Source: an uncultured Candidatus Saccharibacteria bacterium (GTDB taxonomy: Bacteria; Patescibacteriota; Doudnabacteria; UBA920). Taken from it: a stretch of 64,000 nt of DNA. Below the pieces are notes generated by a model. It was not told the origin of the DNA. It searched no databases and was given only the letters and a program-made list of their open reading frames with translations. The stretch is from positions 6,074 through 70,073 of the forward strand of contig CAZTCH010000001.1 in NCBI GenBank assembly GCA_964612745.1, read 5' to 3'. Positions 53,552-63,991 of this stretch are shown one piece after another. Both the position numbers and the translations under genes were made by a program. Position 1 is the first letter of the stretch. Each line of letters begins with the position of its first letter.

Positions 53552-53962
53552 GTGAAAAGAGTATTCTTGTTTTTGGTAGTTGTGGGATTTATTGGGTTGG
53601 TATTTTGGTCGGCTTACAACATTGGTAAAAGCCCCAACCCAAATAACGCGCCATTTATTGCGGAGCCAACACAGCCAACGGTGACTCCTACCGTTGACGC
53701 ATCGGTGAACCTCATTACTGTCCGGGGGTTCGTGCAAACTAAATTGCCCGGCACATTTTACGTGAGCAAAAGCAGAATATACAAAACCCCAGAAGGGGGG
53801 ATGTACATCATTGCTGATAGTAAAATTTACAGAGAGAGATTCTATGACGATGAAGTCCAGATTGCCTTCGACGGTAAAGAAGGCCGCGTCGTTGGCTCGA
53901 TTGAGGGTATCACAAACACCAATGCTAGTATTGGTCCGTATGACATGCCACTCACAAACTGA
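53552..53962 (+). CDS. membrane-anchored hypothetical protein (GTG start, SD AGGAGGGG)
   Basis: 136 aa with an N-terminal TM. Confidence 0.5.
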   Translation: MKRVFLFLVVVGFIGLVFWSAYNIGKSPNPNNAPFIAEPTQPTVTPTVDASVNLITVRGFVQTKLPGTFYVSKSRIYKTPEGGMYIIADSKIYRERFYDDEVQIAFDGKEGRVVGSIEGITNTNASIGPYDMPLTN

Positions 53963-54047
53963 CTATCGCTAACCTTTTTTGACCCGCATGCGCTGTGCTT
54001 TGCAGCACTCGCATGACAGGGTCTTTCTTTTTTGGTATATTTTAACT

Positions 54048-55970
54048 ATGAAAGCAACAGAAGTCAGGTCAAAATATTTGCGGTTTTTTGAAGGTAAGGG
54101 CCATGTCGTCATACCTTCTGCATCTTTAGTGCCAGAGAACGACGCTACGACGTTGTTTACCGGAAGCGGTATGCAGCCAATGGTGCCGTATTTGCTGGGC
54201 GAACCTCACCCGTTGGGTACGCGGATTGCGGACTCCCAAAAGTCATTTCGCAGCCAAGATATAGAAGAAGTGGGCGACAACCGTCACACGACGTTTTTTG
54301 AAATGTTGGGCAACTGGTCCTTGGGTGACTTTTTTAAACAAGAGCAGATTCCGTGGATGTTCGAATTTTTGACTTCCGAACTGGGGCTAGACCCAAGCCG
54401 GATTTACGTGACTTGTTTTCGGGGTAATGACGACTTAGGAATTCCTCGCGACACCGAAGCAGCAGAATTGTGGCAAGGGTTGTTTACGCAAAAAGGTGTA
54501 GACGCAAACATTGTAGATTTCCCTGAGCAGGGTGGCATGCAAGGTGGGCGCATTTTTTACTATAACGAAAAAAAGAACTGGTGGAGCCGTTCTGGTGTGC
54601 CTTCTGCTATGCCCGTGGGTGAGCCTGGTGGACCAGATACAGAAATGTTCTGGGATTTTGGTGCAGCACTTGGTTTGCACGAACAATCCGAGTGGAAAGA
54701 CGAACCATGTCACGTAAACTGTGACTGTGGCCGATTTATGGAAATTGGCAACAACGTGTTCATGGAGTACATCAAAACCGAGACTGGTTTTGAAAAGCTT
54801 AAGCAGCAAAATGTAGATTTTGGTGGTGGGCTCGAACGTATGGCAGCCGCGGTGGGTGATAACCCAGACATGTTCCGCGTGGATTTGCTGTGGAGTTTGG
54901 TGGAGTACATTCAGACAGTGACTGGTAGACAGTACGCAGAGTCTGCAGAAGTGACCAAACAAATGCGTATTGTGGCAGATCACATTCGGGGTAGTGTGTT
55001 TTTGGTGAGTGATGGTGTGGTCCCTTCCAACAAAGACCGTGGCTATGTGCTGCGTCGTTTGCTGCGCCGTGCAATGGTGGCCGTGCGTATGTTAGGAAGC
55101 CAAGCCGATTGGGTTGCAGGAGCTGTAGCAAAAGTCATAGAGATTTACAGCGACTCCTACCCACAACTGGCAACCAACGAAGCACAGATTACCAAAGTTA
55201 TAACAGAAGAAAAAAATAAGTTTGCGACAACTTTAGATAAAGGGATAAAAGAATTTCGTAAGATTGCTATTGATCATTCAGTTGATTTGGATACAGATGC
55301 AGGCGGCTTGCGTGATAAACCATCTAAGGTTTTTACTGCTGTGGATGCGTTTAACTTATACCAAACATTTGGTTTTCCTTGGGAGCTAACCCGAGACTTG
55401 GCCAAAGAGGCAGGGCTCTCCGTGGACGAAGAAGAATTTAAGGCAGAGTTCAAAAAGCACCAAGACTTGTCTCGTACTGCGAGCGCTGGTGACTTTAAAG
55501 GTGGACTTGGCGGTACAGGCGAAATCTATACTCGGTACCACACTGCAACGCACTTGCTACAAAAAGCGCTCCGTATTGTGCTGGGTGAAGACGTGTGGCA
55601 GAAGGGGAGCAATATTACCGAAGAGCGCACTCGGTTTGATTTTACTTTTGGCAGAAAAATGACAGACGAAGAAAAGCAGCAAGTAGAAGATTTGGTAAAC
55701 TCATGGATTGCTCGTGACTTGGGAGTAAAGCGTGAAATGGTAGCACTGGAAGAAGCACGAGCTCGTGGGGCTATTGGGTTGTTCGGCGAAAAGTACGCAG
55801 ACACCGTGTCTTTGTATACCGTGTACGACCCGAAGACAGAAGAAGTGATTTCGCTCGAGTTCTGTGGTGGGCCGCATGTAGAGCACACGCAGATTATTGG
55901 CAAATTTAAAATTCAAAAAGAAGAAGCAGTCAGTGCTGGTGTCCGCCGGATTAAAGCGGTTATTGAATAA
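54048..55970 (+). CDS. alaS: alanyl-tRNA synthetase, short form lacking C-terminal C-Ala/DHHA1 domain (~640 aa)
   Basis: Class II catalytic blocks (FFEGKGHVVIPSASLVP, FTGSGMQP, NRHTTFFEMLGNWS), editing-domain HxxxH (HTATHLLQKAL) and CGGPHV. The ATG at 54048 is 6 nt after TATATT (leaderless). The ORF-track start 53979 lies upstream of the promoter. Confidence 0.85.
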   Translation: MKATEVRSKYLRFFEGKGHVVIPSASLVPENDATTLFTGSGMQPMVPYLLGEPHPLGTRIADSQKSFRSQDIEEVGDNRHTTFFEMLGNWSLGDFFKQEQIPWMFEFLTSELGLDPSRIYVTCFRGNDDLGIPRDTEAAELWQGLFTQKGVDANIVDFPEQGGMQGGRIFYYNEKKNWWSRSGVPSAMPVGEPGGPDTEMFWDFGAALGLHEQSEWKDEPCHVNCDCGRFMEIGNNVFMEYIKTETGFEKLKQQNVDFGGGLERMAAAVGDNPDMFRVDLLWSLVEYIQTVTGRQYAESAEVTKQMRIVADHIRGSVFLVSDGVVPSNKDRGYVLRRLLRRAMVAVRMLGSQADWVAGAVAKVIEIYSDSYPQLATNEAQITKVITEEKNKFATTLDKGIKEFRKIAIDHSVDLDTDAGGLRDKPSKVFTAVDAFNLYQTFGFPWELTRDLAKEAGLSVDEEEFKAEFKKHQDLSRTASAGDFKGGLGGTGEIYTRYHTATHLLQKALRIVLGEDVWQKGSNITEERTRFDFTFGRKMTDEEKQQVEDLVNSWIARDLGVKREMVALEEARARGAIGLFGEKYADTVSLYTVYDPKTEEVISLEFCGGPHVEHTQIIGKFKIQKEEAVSAGVRRIKAVIE

Positions 55971-55978
55971 GTACGATA

Positions 55979-56416
55979 TTGCTTTGGATGCACTCAAAAA
56001 ACACAATTGATATTATGAATACCTATAGTAAATATTTGCGATACCTGTTTGGGGCATGGTTGTTGTTGGTTTTCGTTGGGCTTCCTGTCGCTTGGATATT
56101 TGGGAAGTTGATGTCTCCAGGCGACGACATTATTTATGTAGTGATTGGTGGGTATTGGGTTATTGTCTATTTACTGCTCTGGCTTGTGAGTTTGGTAACT
56201 CTATTAGTTGCGTATAAGCATTGGAGGGTGGAAAGCAGAATAGAGTTTATTGAACAGAAGCGTGTACTCAAAGGCTGGCTGAGGTTGCATGTAGTACTGT
56301 CTTTAATTCCTCTTGCTGTGATTATTTGGTTACAGCTAAGTTCTTTGACTGATGCGACTGTGCCCGTTAATTGTCCGCCGGGGATGGCGTGTGAGACAAA
56401 AGAAATTTACAAATAG
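55979..56416 (+). CDS. hypothetical membrane protein
   Basis: 145 aa with 3 TM helices. An alternative start is at 56012. Confidence 0.4.
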   Translation: MLWMHSKNTIDIMNTYSKYLRYLFGAWLLLVFVGLPVAWIFGKLMSPGDDIIYVVIGGYWVIVYLLLWLVSLVTLLVAYKHWRVESRIEFIEQKRVLKGWLRLHVVLSLIPLAVIIWLQLSSLTDATVPVNCPPGMACETKEIYK

Positions 56417-56431
56417 TAAAATAAGAAAAAT

Positions 56432-56797
56432 ATGAACAGAGAAGGGCTGGGCATGGGAGGGTATGAAGAAGACCCTGAACAGTTTAAAGCTGAAAGGCGT
56501 GAGACCCCCGTTTTAAGCGCAAAGATGCAACTGATACAAGTTTTGAAAAGAGAAGGTTCTGAGCTCCTCCAGCGACCACGGTTTGCCAATTTGGAAGAGG
56601 ATTTTGACCTTTTGGCAGACACGATTTCTAATAATGCCGATCGTGACCTCACAACGCTGACTTCTGAGCAAGTGAGTGAGTTAGAAGGTATGATATCGGA
56701 TGCCATAGATGGTGAAAACTATTCTGTAAAGACAGGGTTTCAGTCAGGTGTCATGACAGAGCTAGGGAAAAAAATTCGGGCAGCGAAGTGGGATTAA
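56432..56797 (+). CDS. hypothetical acidic cytoplasmic protein
   Basis: 121 aa. An alternative start is at 56453, with SD GAAGGG. Confidence 0.4.
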   Translation: MNREGLGMGGYEEDPEQFKAERRETPVLSAKMQLIQVLKREGSELLQRPRFANLEEDFDLLADTISNNADRDLTTLTSEQVSELEGMISDAIDGENYSVKTGFQSGVMTELGKKIRAAKWD

Positions 56798-56825
56798 CAC
56801 GTTTATTCCCTTTTTAAAACAAAAA

Positions 56826-57992
56826 ATGAATTTAGAATATTACAATACGCCAGCGCCAGAAAGTTTGCAGGTGCAACTGCTTCCAAAAGAGTTACCGGCG
56901 TTTTTGTCCTATCGTCCAGACTTTGCGCTGTTAGAGGAACTGCAGAAAGAATATGCACAGTACAAAAAAATTGTAGTGATTGGCCACGGGGGAAGTATTA
57001 CTTCTTTTTTGGGTATGTACACATCGCTCTGCGCTCACTCTGGTGTAGAAGTGTTTTTCTTGAATACGGTGGACGCAGATTATATTGCCTCAGTACGCAG
57101 CGCGACAACTCCACAGGACACACTTGTGCTTGCCGTGAGTAAGTCCGGAGAAACGATTACGCTGTTTGAAGTTTTAAGTCAATTTGCAGACTACCCACTC
57201 GTGTGTCTGACCGAAGCGGGGAGTCCTCTGGCGCAAGCGGCGGAAAAGTTAGGGGCGCGTGTAGTGGCGCACCCTGCAATCGGTGGTCGGTTTACGGGAG
57301 TGACCGAAGTAGGGTTGTTGCCAGCGGTTTTGTGTGGGGTAGACGTAGCTACAGTATTTGCAGGAGCGGCGGAGTTGTATAAGCAGTTTCAGAAAGACAA
57401 TCTTGCATGGAAAGCTGCAAGTATCTTGTGGCAGTTGGAGCAAAAAGGATTTGTAGATGTGTTTCTTCCTGTGTACAGCAGAGGGCTGTATGGTTTGGCG
57501 CAACTATTTGTACAACTGTGCCACGAAAGTTATGGAAAAGAAGGTCGGGGACAAACATTTTTAGCAAGTGAAGCGCCTGAGTCACAGCACCATACAAACC
57601 AACGATTTTTTGGTGGGCGAAAAAACATGTGTGGCTTTTTTGTGACCACCGAAGCAACAAGTGAGAGTATTGTGCGATACCCTGCGAGCCTGCACAGTAT
57701 TCCAGTACACGGGAGACATCTTGCAGACATGAATGGACTCTCGCTCAAGCAGGCGATGCAGGCTGAATGGCAAGGAACGCTCGATGACGCGCGGCTCAAG
57801 AACATGCCTGTGTTGCACCTGAGTACAGCAGTGGTAGATGCCAGAAATGTGGGTAGACAAATTGCTTTTTGGCAACTTGTGGCAGTCTATGGTGCGCTCC
57901 TGCGGGGTGTGGACCCATTTTCCCAGCCACAAGTAGAATCGAGCAAACTACTGAGCGTCACCAAACGCCTGTCTCTGCTCGGTTTGGCGTAA
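56826..57992 (+). CDS. pgi: glucose-6-phosphate isomerase (short SIS-type PGI)
   Basis: VIGHGGS, SKSGETIT and the PGI signature AIGGRFTGVTEVG. C-terminal SQPQVESSK resembles PGI signature 2. Confidence 0.65.
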   Translation: MNLEYYNTPAPESLQVQLLPKELPAFLSYRPDFALLEELQKEYAQYKKIVVIGHGGSITSFLGMYTSLCAHSGVEVFFLNTVDADYIASVRSATTPQDTLVLAVSKSGETITLFEVLSQFADYPLVCLTEAGSPLAQAAEKLGARVVAHPAIGGRFTGVTEVGLLPAVLCGVDVATVFAGAAELYKQFQKDNLAWKAASILWQLEQKGFVDVFLPVYSRGLYGLAQLFVQLCHESYGKEGRGQTFLASEAPESQHHTNQRFFGGRKNMCGFFVTTEATSESIVRYPASLHSIPVHGRHLADMNGLSLKQAMQAEWQGTLDDARLKNMPVLHLSTAVVDARNVGRQIAFWQLVAVYGALLRGVDPFSQPQVESSKLLSVTKRLSLLGLA

Positions 57993-58061
57993 GCGGGGCT
58001 GTTTGACGCACCCGAAGTAGCTGCTATTATGAATACATCTGTATAAGTAGTACCACTGTCC

Positions 58062-59726
58062 ATGTACAAAACGCTGTATTTCAATATTGAAGATGACATA
58101 AAAACCATTACGGGTAGAATCCAAACCGAAACTCTGAGCGAGTTTGTTTTGGTGTTTCCGCGCAGGTCGTATATTTTTTCTGATCCGCTTAACTTAAAAA
58201 TGCTCAAAAAGCAGCTTGATATTTTGAAAAAGCAAGCGCGCATTATGACCATGGACGAACGGGGGCAGCAAGCCGCCACCAGTGCGGGGTTTACGCTCGA
58301 GCAAGTGCCAGTCAGGCGTCCTCGAAGCGCGGCTTCGGATATGGCAGTTGTGGGTAGGCCAGCTGCAGCAGTAGCTGGTGCAGGAGAGTCAGTTCCAGAG
58401 CAACAGCCAGTAGCTCCAGTAGCACCAGTAACGCCACCAGCAACAAAGCCGGTAGTGGCGAAGGTGACTCCTCCGACAAAGCCAATCCCACAAGTGCAAG
58501 TTCGCGACACTATATTTTCTGAAGTGCCACGGAAGTCAGGGGTAGAAACAGAGCTAATTCGGGGTAGGGCAGAGTCAAAGCGCAAGACCGTGCTTGCTGT
58601 GTTGGGTGCGGCAATTGTGCTTGCCTTGGTTGGGGTATTTGCTCTGGTGTTTGTGTTACCCAGTGCAGACGTAACGGTAGTGCCTACATCGGAATCTGTG
58701 GTGCGCGATATGGAGCTCACACTCGCGGTGCAAACACAAACTGCAGATGTTGCTACGCTTGCGCTGCCAGCAATGTTTTCCGACGTGGCCGCTCCAGTCG
58801 AAAAGAAGATAGATACTTTAGGGAAAAAAGAAGTAGGTACAGCCGCCGCGGGTACGGTACGGATTTTTAATTTGACCGGAGCGCCTATTAACTTGCGTGC
58901 AGGAACCACCAAGTTGTCTGCTTCGGGTAGAACTTTTGTGTTTCGGAAAGACCAAAACTACATAAAAGCAGTAACCAAAGCAGGTTTAACCAACCCTAAT
59001 GCAGGGCAAGTGGCCGAAGTCGTTGCAGAAGTAGCGGGTGACGCGGGAAATTTGGCCGTGGGTACAAAGCTAGAGATCTCGAACCAAGTATTTGGGAATA
59101 AACCAGACCAACTCTATGCTGTCGTGGAAGAAGCGTTTGTTGGTGGCAGTTCCAGGTTTGTTTCTGTGGTGGAAGAACAGGACATTACCAAAGCTCAAGA
59201 AAACCTCATGAATACGGCAGTTGACGCATTGGCCGCAGAGCTCAAGACGCAGGGGCGTCTTTTGGCCGAAAGTGCATATAGTGCAGAAATAAGTGACTTT
59301 AGTACAGACAAGCCAGCGGGGACAGAAGCCACCAGTTTTGTTGCAAAAGGGACAGTGCGGGTGCGTGGGCTTTCTTTTGAGCCTGTTGGGCTGACTGACT
59401 TAGTCCGCCGAAGGGTGACCCAAGTCTTGCCCCAAACGGGCAAGTTGCAGGCTGTGGATAAAGATACTATGAATTTCCGAGTAAAGCGCTTAGATTTGGC
59501 TGGGGGCGAGATGAGCTTGATGGTACATTTGGAAACCCGCATGTTTAAAACGCTCGACACGAAAATGGTAACCGATAAAATCCAAGGTAAAAAAGTGGCA
59601 GATGCGGAAAAAAGCCTTATAGAAACGCAAGATATAGAAAAAGTCTCGTTTTCTTTGTGGCCCAGCTGGTTTAAGAACGTCCCAAGACTCGCATCGCGGA
59701 TCTCGGTTACGTTGTCAGAAGAGTAG
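58062..59726 (+). CDS. hypothetical bitopic membrane protein (cytoplasmic N-domain, Pro/Ala-rich linker, TM, large extracytoplasmic domain)
   Basis: 554-aa ORF. The antisense ORF 57887..58912 has a low-complexity S/T/A composition and is judged spurious. Confidence 0.55.
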   Translation: MYKTLYFNIEDDIKTITGRIQTETLSEFVLVFPRRSYIFSDPLNLKMLKKQLDILKKQARIMTMDERGQQAATSAGFTLEQVPVRRPRSAASDMAVVGRPAAAVAGAGESVPEQQPVAPVAPVTPPATKPVVAKVTPPTKPIPQVQVRDTIFSEVPRKSGVETELIRGRAESKRKTVLAVLGAAIVLALVGVFALVFVLPSADVTVVPTSESVVRDMELTLAVQTQTADVATLALPAMFSDVAAPVEKKIDTLGKKEVGTAAAGTVRIFNLTGAPINLRAGTTKLSASGRTFVFRKDQNYIKAVTKAGLTNPNAGQVAEVVAEVAGDAGNLAVGTKLEISNQVFGNKPDQLYAVVEEAFVGGSSRFVSVVEEQDITKAQENLMNTAVDALAAELKTQGRLLAESAYSAEISDFSTDKPAGTEATSFVAKGTVRVRGLSFEPVGLTDLVRRRVTQVLPQTGKLQAVDKDTMNFRVKRLDLAGGEMSLMVHLETRMFKTLDTKMVTDKIQGKKVADAEKSLIETQDIEKVSFSLWPSWFKNVPRLASRISVTLSEE

Positions 59727-59863
59727 TTTGTGTGTTTTGTATAGTATTTTATTGACACATCTGCAGCTCATATGATAAAATAAGACATCTGTCATTTAAC
59801 CGCATAAATAAGACTATTTCCAGCAGAACACCCGATTTTGGGAAGCGCCAGACAAATAAAGAT

Positions 59864-60067
59864 GTGATCGAACTAGAGGGGAAGATTATAGAGAGCTTGC
59901 CCAATGCCATTTTTCGTGTCCAATTGGACTCGGGACAGATGGTCTTGGGGCATTTGGCTGGCAAAATGCGTGTGAATATGATTCGAGTTTTGCCGGGTGA
60001 TAGGGTGATTATTGCAATGACCCCATACGACCTCCAAAAAGGCCGTATTATAAGAAGATTAAGATAA
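59864..60067 (+). CDS. infA: translation initiation factor IF-1 (GTG start)
   Basis: S1-like fold sequence [42 protein letters not shown]. Confidence 0.85.
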   Translation: MIELEGKIIESLPNAIFRVQLDSGQMVLGHLAGKMRVNMIRVLPGDRVIIAMTPYDLQKGRIIRRLR

Positions 60068-60173
60068 TTCATCCACGGATGCGCCGATAACACGGATTGC
60101 ATAGATTGGTACTGAGCCTTTGGCCGCTACTTGTCTGTGATATCCGTATAATCCGTGTATTTGTGTAACTACT

Positions 60174-60287
60174 ATGAAAGTAAAAGCAAGCGTTAAGCCG
60201 CGATGTAAAGATTGCAAAATAGTGAAGCGCTTTGGCCGAGTCTACGTGATTTGCAAGACTCCAAAGCACAAACAGCGACAAGGCTAG
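60174..60287 (+). CDS. rpmJ: 50S ribosomal protein L36
   Basis: Manual translation [37 protein letters not shown] (37 aa; below the ORF-track length cutoff). Confidence 0.85.
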   Translation: MKVKASVKPRCKDCKIVKRFGRVYVICKTPKHKQRQG

Positions 60288-60370
60288 TGGTCTCGCCTGA
60301 ATTACTGGTTTAGGCACACACTTGAAGCTCCGACGTAATTCACTATCCAATATTTGTAATTTCAATTTTT

Positions 60371-60760
60371 ATGGCACGTATAGCAGGGATTAACATTCCA
60401 AACGAAAAAAGAATAGAAGCAGCACTTCCATACATCTACGGTGTTGGTCCAAGCAATACCAAAGCAATTTTGACTGCAACAAAGATTGATGCAGACAAAC
60501 GGACCAAGGATTTGACCGAAGCAGAGCTCGGGCTTATCCGCGACTACATCGACAAGAACATCAAAGTCGAAGGTCAGTTGCGCCAACAAGTGCTCTTGAA
60601 CATCAAGCGCTTGAAAGAAGTTGGGTCTTACCGTGGTATTCGCCACATTCGCAGCCTTCCTGTCCGTGGGCAGCGTACCAAAACTAACTCCCGTACTCGT
60701 CATGGTAACGTCCGCCGCACTGCTGGCAGCGGTCGCAAGAAATCCTCTGACAAGACCTAA
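60371..60760 (+). CDS. rpsM: 30S ribosomal protein S13
   Basis: [26 protein letters not shown].... Confidence 0.9.
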   Translation: MARIAGINIPNEKRIEAALPYIYGVGPSNTKAILTATKIDADKRTKDLTEAELGLIRDYIDKNIKVEGQLRQQVLLNIKRLKEVGSYRGIRHIRSLPVRGQRTKTNSRTRHGNVRRTAGSGRKKSSDKT

Positions 60761-60844
60761 TCGTTAAGGGGTTTATAAAGTTCATAAAGTTTGACGCATT
60801 ACTTTAAGAGCTTTCCACTTTATAAACGTTATAAACTAATTTTT

Positions 60845-61297
60845 ATGGCTGAAGAAATAGTATCCACAACTGAACAAACTCCGGCGGTCGACGCAAAGAC
60901 CGACCTTGCTTCCAAGATTAAAGGTGGTCGCAAGAAAAAGAGTAAAGCAAAAGTAACCAAAGGTCGTATGTACATCACTGCTACATACAACAACACTATC
61001 ATTAGTGTGACTGACCAAACTGGTAACGTGCTTGCATGGGGTAGCAGCGGTCGCACAGGGTTTAAGGGTTCTAAGAAATCCACTCCTTACGCAGGACAGC
61101 GCACCATGGAAGACTTGCTCACTCGAGTAAAAGACAGAGGTTTAGTAGAAGTTGATGTCTTTATTAAAGGTGTGGGAACAAGTCGTGAGTCTGCGGTACG
61201 TGCTTTGCAAGGCTCAGGAATGACCGTTCTGTCCATTAAGGATATGACCCCTGTGGCACACGGTGGCATTCGCCCAAAGAAAGTCAGACGTATCTAG
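60845..61297 (+). CDS. rpsK: 30S ribosomal protein S11
   Basis: GRMYITATYNNTIISVTDQTGNVLAWGSSG... The start at M19 of the ORF-track ORF is preferred. Confidence 0.9.
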   Translation: MAEEIVSTTEQTPAVDAKTDLASKIKGGRKKKSKAKVTKGRMYITATYNNTIISVTDQTGNVLAWGSSGRTGFKGSKKSTPYAGQRTMEDLLTRVKDRGLVEVDVFIKGVGTSRESAVRALQGSGMTVLSIKDMTPVAHGGIRPKKVRRI

Positions 61298-61344
61298 TCT
61301 AACGCTCGAAACACTATTACTTTAATCAACTTTTAACTTACAGT

Positions 61345-61953
61345 ATGAGATATACAGGACCACGTGGTAAACGGGCACGTCGACTTGGACAAGCCTTTAC
61401 CAACAAAGAAGCGGCTGTATTGCGCCGCCGCAGTCAGCCCCCAGGGCAACATACCGACCCAAGAGGACGCCTTTCCGAATTCGGATTGCAACTCAAAGAG
61501 AAGCAGAAAGCTAAGTTTGCCTACGGTGTACAAGAAAAGCAGTTCTATAGCTACTTCTTGAAAGCACAAAACAGACCTGGTGTTACTGGTGCAAACTTGT
61601 TGCAGATTCTTGAACAACGACTCGATAACGTTGTCTACCGACTCGGTTTTGCGGAAACCAGAGCTCAGGCTCGCCAATTGGTTTCCCACGGATTCTTCCA
61701 AGTCAATGGTAAGCGCGTTACTATTCCTTCCTACTCGGTACGAGTTGGGGACATAGTCAGCGTTGGAGCAACCAAGGCAAAGACGAAGTACATGCAAGCA
61801 GCGGCCACTAAACTCAAAGCTGCGCAGTGTCCTGACTGGCTCGACATGCAAGTCGCAGACATGAAAGCAAAAGTACTGAGCCAGCCAACCGCAGAAGACA
61901 TGGATAAGGCGATTAATACGCAGCTTATCATCGAACACTATAGCCGCATTTAA
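61345..61953 (+). CDS. rpsD: 30S ribosomal protein S4
   Basis: MRYTGPRGKRARRLG... plus the S4 domain (LDNVVYRLGFAETRAQARQLVSHG). Confidence 0.9.
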   Translation: MRYTGPRGKRARRLGQAFTNKEAAVLRRRSQPPGQHTDPRGRLSEFGLQLKEKQKAKFAYGVQEKQFYSYFLKAQNRPGVTGANLLQILEQRLDNVVYRLGFAETRAQARQLVSHGFFQVNGKRVTIPSYSVRVGDIVSVGATKAKTKYMQAAATKLKAAQCPDWLDMQVADMKAKVLSQPTAEDMDKAINTQLIIEHYSRI

Positions 61954-62095
61954 TAATTAAATTCGAAGTACGAAATCCGAAATTCGAAACAGTATATATT
62001 CGAATTTCCCAAATTCAAACACTATTAGTATTTGAGGTTGAGGTAAAAGAATTTGTTTCGGGTTTCGACATTCGATAATCGAATTTGTAAAAATT

Positions 62096-63034
62096 ATGGA
62101 AGCTCTCTCTCTTCCCAATCAAGCCAAAGTCGAAAGTCTTGGCAACAATCGATATGCGGTAACTCTCGAACCTTTGCATCCAGGGTACGGGGTTACTATA
62201 GGTAACACGTTGCGTCGCGTATTGCTTTCGAGCATGCCTGGTGCTGCAGTCACAGCGGTCAAAATTCGTTTTGCAGATCATGAATTTTCTACTGTGCCAA
62301 ACGTGAAAGAAGATGTTGTACAGATTATTTTAAATCTGAAGCAGCTTCGCTTAAAGTGTTTCTCTGCTGAACCAGTCAAGGTGAGCATTAAGGTAAAAGG
62401 TGAACGCGTGGTAACCGCTGCAGATATTCAGACTGGTGACCAAGTAGAAATCATCAACACCGATTTGCACATTGCAACTCTGGATGGCAAAAATGCTGAG
62501 CTCGACATGGAGCTCACCGTCGAACAAGGACGAGGTTACGTTCCTGTAGAAGCTCGCGAAACAGAACGCCACGAACTCGGTGTACTCGCAGTTGATGCTA
62601 TCTTTACCCCTGTACGCGCTGTATTCTTCGATGTTACCAACGTTCGCGTTGGACAAATGACCAACTTTGAAAAGTTGTCCATGAACATTGAAACAGATGG
62701 CACGCTCACTGGTGGCGAAGCAGTAGACATTGCTGCGCACATCTTGGTTGACCACTTTAGCATGTTGTTTGGTGGGGTTGCCCCAGTACTCACTGCTGCT
62801 CCAGTTGCCGAAGAAGCAGAAGAAGCAGTCGAAGAAGACGCGGCAGATGTTGCTGCTGAACCAAGCGATTTAGACTCCTTTAGCCTTTCTAACCGAGCAA
62901 AGAATGCACTTCTGAAGTACGGTGTTGTTTCTGCAGAACAGCTGAAAGCATTACCAAGCGAAGAAATAGCCACAATCCCTGGTCTTGGCAAAAAGACTAT
63001 CACAGAGATTATGATGCTGTTAGGAAGAGAATAA
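62096..63034 (+). CDS. rpoA: DNA-directed RNA polymerase alpha subunit
   Basis: N-terminal EPLHPGYGVTIGNTLRRVLLSSMPGAAV, an acidic linker, and the C-terminal alphaCTD. Confidence 0.9.
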   Translation: MEALSLPNQAKVESLGNNRYAVTLEPLHPGYGVTIGNTLRRVLLSSMPGAAVTAVKIRFADHEFSTVPNVKEDVVQIILNLKQLRLKCFSAEPVKVSIKVKGERVVTAADIQTGDQVEIINTDLHIATLDGKNAELDMELTVEQGRGYVPVEARETERHELGVLAVDAIFTPVRAVFFDVTNVRVGQMTNFEKLSMNIETDGTLTGGEAVDIAAHILVDHFSMLFGGVAPVLTAAPVAEEAEEAVEEDAADVAAEPSDLDSFSLSNRAKNALLKYGVVSAEQLKALPSEEIATIPGLGKKTITEIMMLLGRE

Positions 63035-63091
63035 TTACCGTGTGCAGCTGCACCGTGCAATACACGAGCCGCTGACCACAACCCTACATTT

Positions 63092-63436
63092 ATGAGACAC
63101 CACAAGAAGAAAAAATTTGGAAAGGGAATGGACCACCGAAGAAAGTTGTTGAGGACTCTTGCTTCTTCTTTGGTGTTGCATGAACGCATCGAGACTACAT
63201 TTGCAAATGCTCGTGCCGTACGACCTTATTTGGAAAAGCTTATTACGAAAGCGAAAGTACAGAGCTTGCATGTGAGACGTCAGTTGATTGCTGATTTGAC
63301 TCGCAACGCTGCAGCAAAAACTTTCGAAGTACTTGGCCCCAAATACACAGAGCGCCCAGGTGGGTATGTACGACTGACTAAGTTAAATGACCCAAAGGCA
63401 GGTTTGTCCCGCGTGGTTGTGGAGCTCGTTGAATAA
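63092..63436 (+). CDS. rplQ: 50S ribosomal protein L17
   Basis: MRHHKKKKFGKGMDHRRKLLRTLASSLVLHERIETT.... Confidence 0.9.
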   Translation: MRHHKKKKFGKGMDHRRKLLRTLASSLVLHERIETTFANARAVRPYLEKLITKAKVQSLHVRRQLIADLTRNAAAKTFEVLGPKYTERPGGYVRLTKLNDPKAGLSRVVVELVE

Positions 63437-63550
63437 GTTATCCTCGGATGCACGGATAGCACGGATTGCACAGATTGAGCATATGAACATATGCCATCTG
63501 CAAGTAATCTGTGAAGGTCTGTGAAATCCGTGATTCGTGAAATAATTTTT

Positions 63551-63967
63551 ATGAAAGCACAGAAATCTTCCGTTATTACGAAAATCGAACGCACGTGGCA
63601 TGAAGTAGACGCATCTTCCCAAACTGTTGGGCGTGTTGCTACCAGAATTGCTACGCTGCTTCGCGGCAAGCACAAACGCACCTTTACCCCAAATGTGGAC
63701 TGTGGTGATTTTGTGGTCGTGACCAATGTAGACAAGCTAAAATTTACTGGACGGAAGATTGAACAAAAGACCTACTACCGTCACTCTGGATACCTTGGTG
63801 GGTTAAAGAAAACCAGCCTCAAGGTTGCGCTCGAACGCAAGCCAGAATGGGTATTGCGCGAAGCAGTTCGCAGCATGTTGGACGAAGTTCGTTTCCGCAA
63901 GGCCATGCTTGCTCGTATGAAAGTACAAGCTGGAACTGCACATAATTATCCTGTTATTAAGAAGTAA
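63551..63967 (+). CDS. rplM: 50S ribosomal protein L13
   Basis: MKAQKSSVITKIERTWHEVDASSQTVGRVATRIATLLRGKHK aligns to the L13 N-terminus. The ORF-track GTG at 63521 is less likely. Confidence 0.9.
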   Translation: MKAQKSSVITKIERTWHEVDASSQTVGRVATRIATLLRGKHKRTFTPNVDCGDFVVVTNVDKLKFTGRKIEQKTYYRHSGYLGGLKKTSLKVALERKPEWVLREAVRSMLDEVRFRKAMLARMKVQAGTAHNYPVIKK

Positions 63968-63991
63968 CCTCCACTTTAGGACCCATAGCGT

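Noticed and set aside
57887-58912. 341-aa minus-strand ORF antisense to the 58062..59726 gene
   Set aside because: Its translation is low-complexity (S/T/A/G-rich), the classic signature of an antisense frame of a real gene. The plus-strand ORF has a protein-like composition and TM segment.
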